The notes under the pieces are model-generated. The model ran no database searches, was not told where the DNA came from, and saw nothing but the letters and a program-made list of their open reading frames with translations. A program made the position numbers and the translations under genes. Below, piece by piece: positions 62,442 through 64,000 of a stretch of 64,000 bases of DNA. This DNA comes from Vicinamibacterales bacterium (GTDB lineage Bacteria > Acidobacteriota > Vicinamibacteria > Vicinamibacterales > 2-12-FULL-66-21), in contig DATAFJ010000070.1 of NCBI GenBank assembly GCA_036257535.1, positions 1,595 to 65,594 on the forward strand. Direction: 5' to 3'. Each line of letters begins with the position of its first letter. The first letter of the stretch is position 1.

Positions 62442-63665
62442 CCGTTTCGTCGGCCAGGGCGCCCCGCGATTCGGCGTCGTGACCGGCGCCACGCCCTTGT
62501 AGACGAACTTCTGCAGCCGTTTGCCTTCGTACGTCTCCGTCGTATAGATGTTGCCCTTCGAATCGGTGGCGATGCTGTGGACGCCGAAGAACTGTCCCGG
62601 CTGGCGGCCGCCGTCGCCGAAGCTCGTAAGCACTTCCAGCGTGTCCCGCTTGATGATGTAGATGCGCTCGTTCTTGCCGTCAGCCACGTACAGGTATTCC
62701 TGTTTCGGATCCTTCGAGAACGCAATGTCCCAGACCGAACCGTCGCCGAGCGTCCGCTTCGCGATGAAGGTCTCCTTCACGAACGTGCCGTCCGGTTTGA
62801 AGACCTGGATGCGATCGTTCGGTCGATCGCAGACGTAGAGCAGCCCGTCGTGTGCGAGCTCGGCGCAGTGCACCGGCGTGCGGAACTGCTGTGCGGGTGG
62901 ATCGTCCGGCTTATAAGGTCCGAGGTCCTTGTCGTCCGGCTTGTTCCCGTACGCGCCCCAATAGCGTTTGAACTTCCCGCTGTCGGCGTCGATGACGGCG
63001 ACCCGCTTGTTGAGATATCCGTCCGCGACGTAGGCCTCGTTTGCGCGAGGGTCGATGAAAATCTTCGCGACACGGCCGAAGTTCTGCGTGTCGTGGCTGT
63101 TTCCCGCGTACGTCGGCTCTTTCTTTTCGTTCGTGCCGCTCTGGCGGGCCTTCGCCTTGCCGAACTGGGCGAGGAGCTTGCCCTCCTGCGTGAACTTCAG
63201 TACGTGCGAGTCGCCATCGCCGTTGCCGCCGATCCACACGTTTCCCTTGTGGTCGATCGCCATGCCATGGTTCGACTCCGGCCACTCGTACCCCTCAGCC
63301 GGACCGCCCCACGACCCGACCAGGTTTCCCTCGGGATCGAAATGCAGGACGGGCGGCGCAGGCCGGCAGCAGAACTCCGCCGTCGGCGGGTCGGTCGCCA
63401 GTCCGATCTCCGTCCGCGCGGCGAAGCCGGTGTTGTTCCGGTGCACGATCCAGACGTGGTCGCGCGCGTCGACGGCGAGGCCGATCGACATGCCGAGAAT
63501 CCAGTTGTTCGGGAGAGGCCTGGGCCAGAACGGGTCGACCTCGAAGACCGGCGCGACCGTGGCGCGGCCATCCTGGGCCGCCGCGCGGTCCAGCTCGGCC
63601 TGCCCGATGCCGAGCCCAACGAGGACGATGAGGAAGCTTGCCCCGATCAGGAGATTTCGCCGCAT
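62439..63665 (-). CDS. NHL-repeat beta-propeller protein (PAL-like paralog)
   Basis: Start trimmed to the ATG at 63665 (MRRNLLIGASFLIVLVGLGIG). Blades include LAVDARDHVWIVHRNN, HGMAIDHKGNVWIGGNG, YVADGYLNKRVAVIDADSGKF and VHSIATDSKGNIYTTE. Confidence 0.7.
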   Translation of the reverse strand: MRRNLLIGASFLIVLVGLGIGQAELDRAAAQDGRATVAPVFEVDPFWPRPLPNNWILGMSIGLAVDARDHVWIVHRNNTGFAARTEIGLATDPPTAEFCCRPAPPVLHFDPEGNLVGSWGGPAEGYEWPESNHGMAIDHKGNVWIGGNGDGDSHVLKFTQEGKLLAQFGKAKARQSGTNEKKEPTYAGNSHDTQNFGRVAKIFIDPRANEAYVADGYLNKRVAVIDADSGKFKRYWGAYGNKPDDKDLGPYKPDDPPAQQFRTPVHCAELAHDGLLYVCDRPNDRIQVFKPDGTFVKETFIAKRTLGDGSVWDIAFSKDPKQEYLYVADGKNERIYIIKRDTLEVLTSFGDGGRQPGQFFGVHSIATDSKGNIYTTETYEGKRLQKFVYKGVAPVTTPNRGAPWPTKR

Positions 63666-63723
63666 GCGCTCCTCCAGTGACCACCGAATCTGCACGAACC
63701 GCGCGAAAGTATACTCTCACTCG

Positions 63724-64000
63724 ATGCCGCCGCGCGCTGCCGCCAGGATCGTCCTCGCGCTCCTCGCCGTGCTGCCCGCCGGCCTGGGCGCCCACGAAAT
63801 TCCCGCCGAGGTCACGATCCACGCGTTCGTCCGCCCCGAAGGCGACCGGCTGCGGTTGATCGTGCGGGCGCCGATGGCGGCCATGCGCGACATCAATTTC
63901 CCCGCTCGCGGCCCCGGGTATCTGGATATCGGCCGCGTCGATCCGTTCCTCCGATCGGGGGCGACGCTCTGGATCGCCGGCGCGGTACGGCTCCTCGAGA
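63724..64000 (+). CDS. hypothetical secreted protein, 5' partial (runs off window)
   Basis: Not in the ORF track because it has no stop in the window. My own translation from the ATG at 63724 is MPPRAAARIVLALLAVLPAGLGAHEIPAEVTIHAFVRPEGDRLRLIVRAPMAAMRDINFP.... Clear signal peptide and strongly GC-biased third positions. Confidence 0.5.
   Translation, partial: MPPRAAARIVLALLAVLPAGLGAHEIPAEVTIHAFVRPEGDRLRLIVRAPMAAMRDINFPARGPGYLDIGRVDPFLRSGATLWIAGAVRLLE

Overview
GC-rich bacterial chromosomal window, roughly two-thirds G+C by eye (not computed), densely packed with about 63 protein-coding genes. I found no rRNA, tRNA, CRISPR array, transposase, integrase or prophage genes. Gene content suggests an Acidobacteriota-like organism, but this is inference only: an acidobacterial-type VWFA protein, a CarboxypepD_reg-type TonB-dependent receptor, and many secreted HEAT, TPR and NHL proteins. 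Many ORFs in the supplied track are GC-rich shadow frames or 5' over-extensions. I trimmed starts by checking the actual start codon and the overlap with the neighbouring gene. Recognisable housekeeping and metabolic genes include queG, a UdgX-type uracil-DNA glycosylase, yqgE, aat, apaG, ku, ettA, an ABC exporter, two TonB-dependent receptors, pcaHGBCD, two acyl-CoA ligases and several peptidases and hydrolases. The most interesting candidate is a tightly coupled minus-strand operon (46477-39560). It opens with a coiled-coil protein, a Roadblock-like/TM/OmpA protein, a complete Ras/Rab-type small GTPase and a kinase-less DHp (H-box) protein. These four are fused transcriptionally to a split TPP-dependent decarboxylase, an acyl-CoA synthetase and a cyclase/formamidase-like hydrolase. 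Other notable items follow. (1) An ECF sigma/anti-sigma pair drives three secreted HEAT-repeat proteins. (2) An S9 peptidase operon encodes a c-type-heme (CxxCH) domain fused to a PHM-like dicopper monooxygenase, plus a truncated paralog. (3) An aconitase-family enzyme with permuted domain order is translationally coupled to a Ser/Thr-kinase STAND protein. (4) Several families of AT-rich short-period (7-8 nt) tandem or palindromic intergenic repeats occur. Two of these families precisely bracket gene cassettes, and some run into coding sequence.
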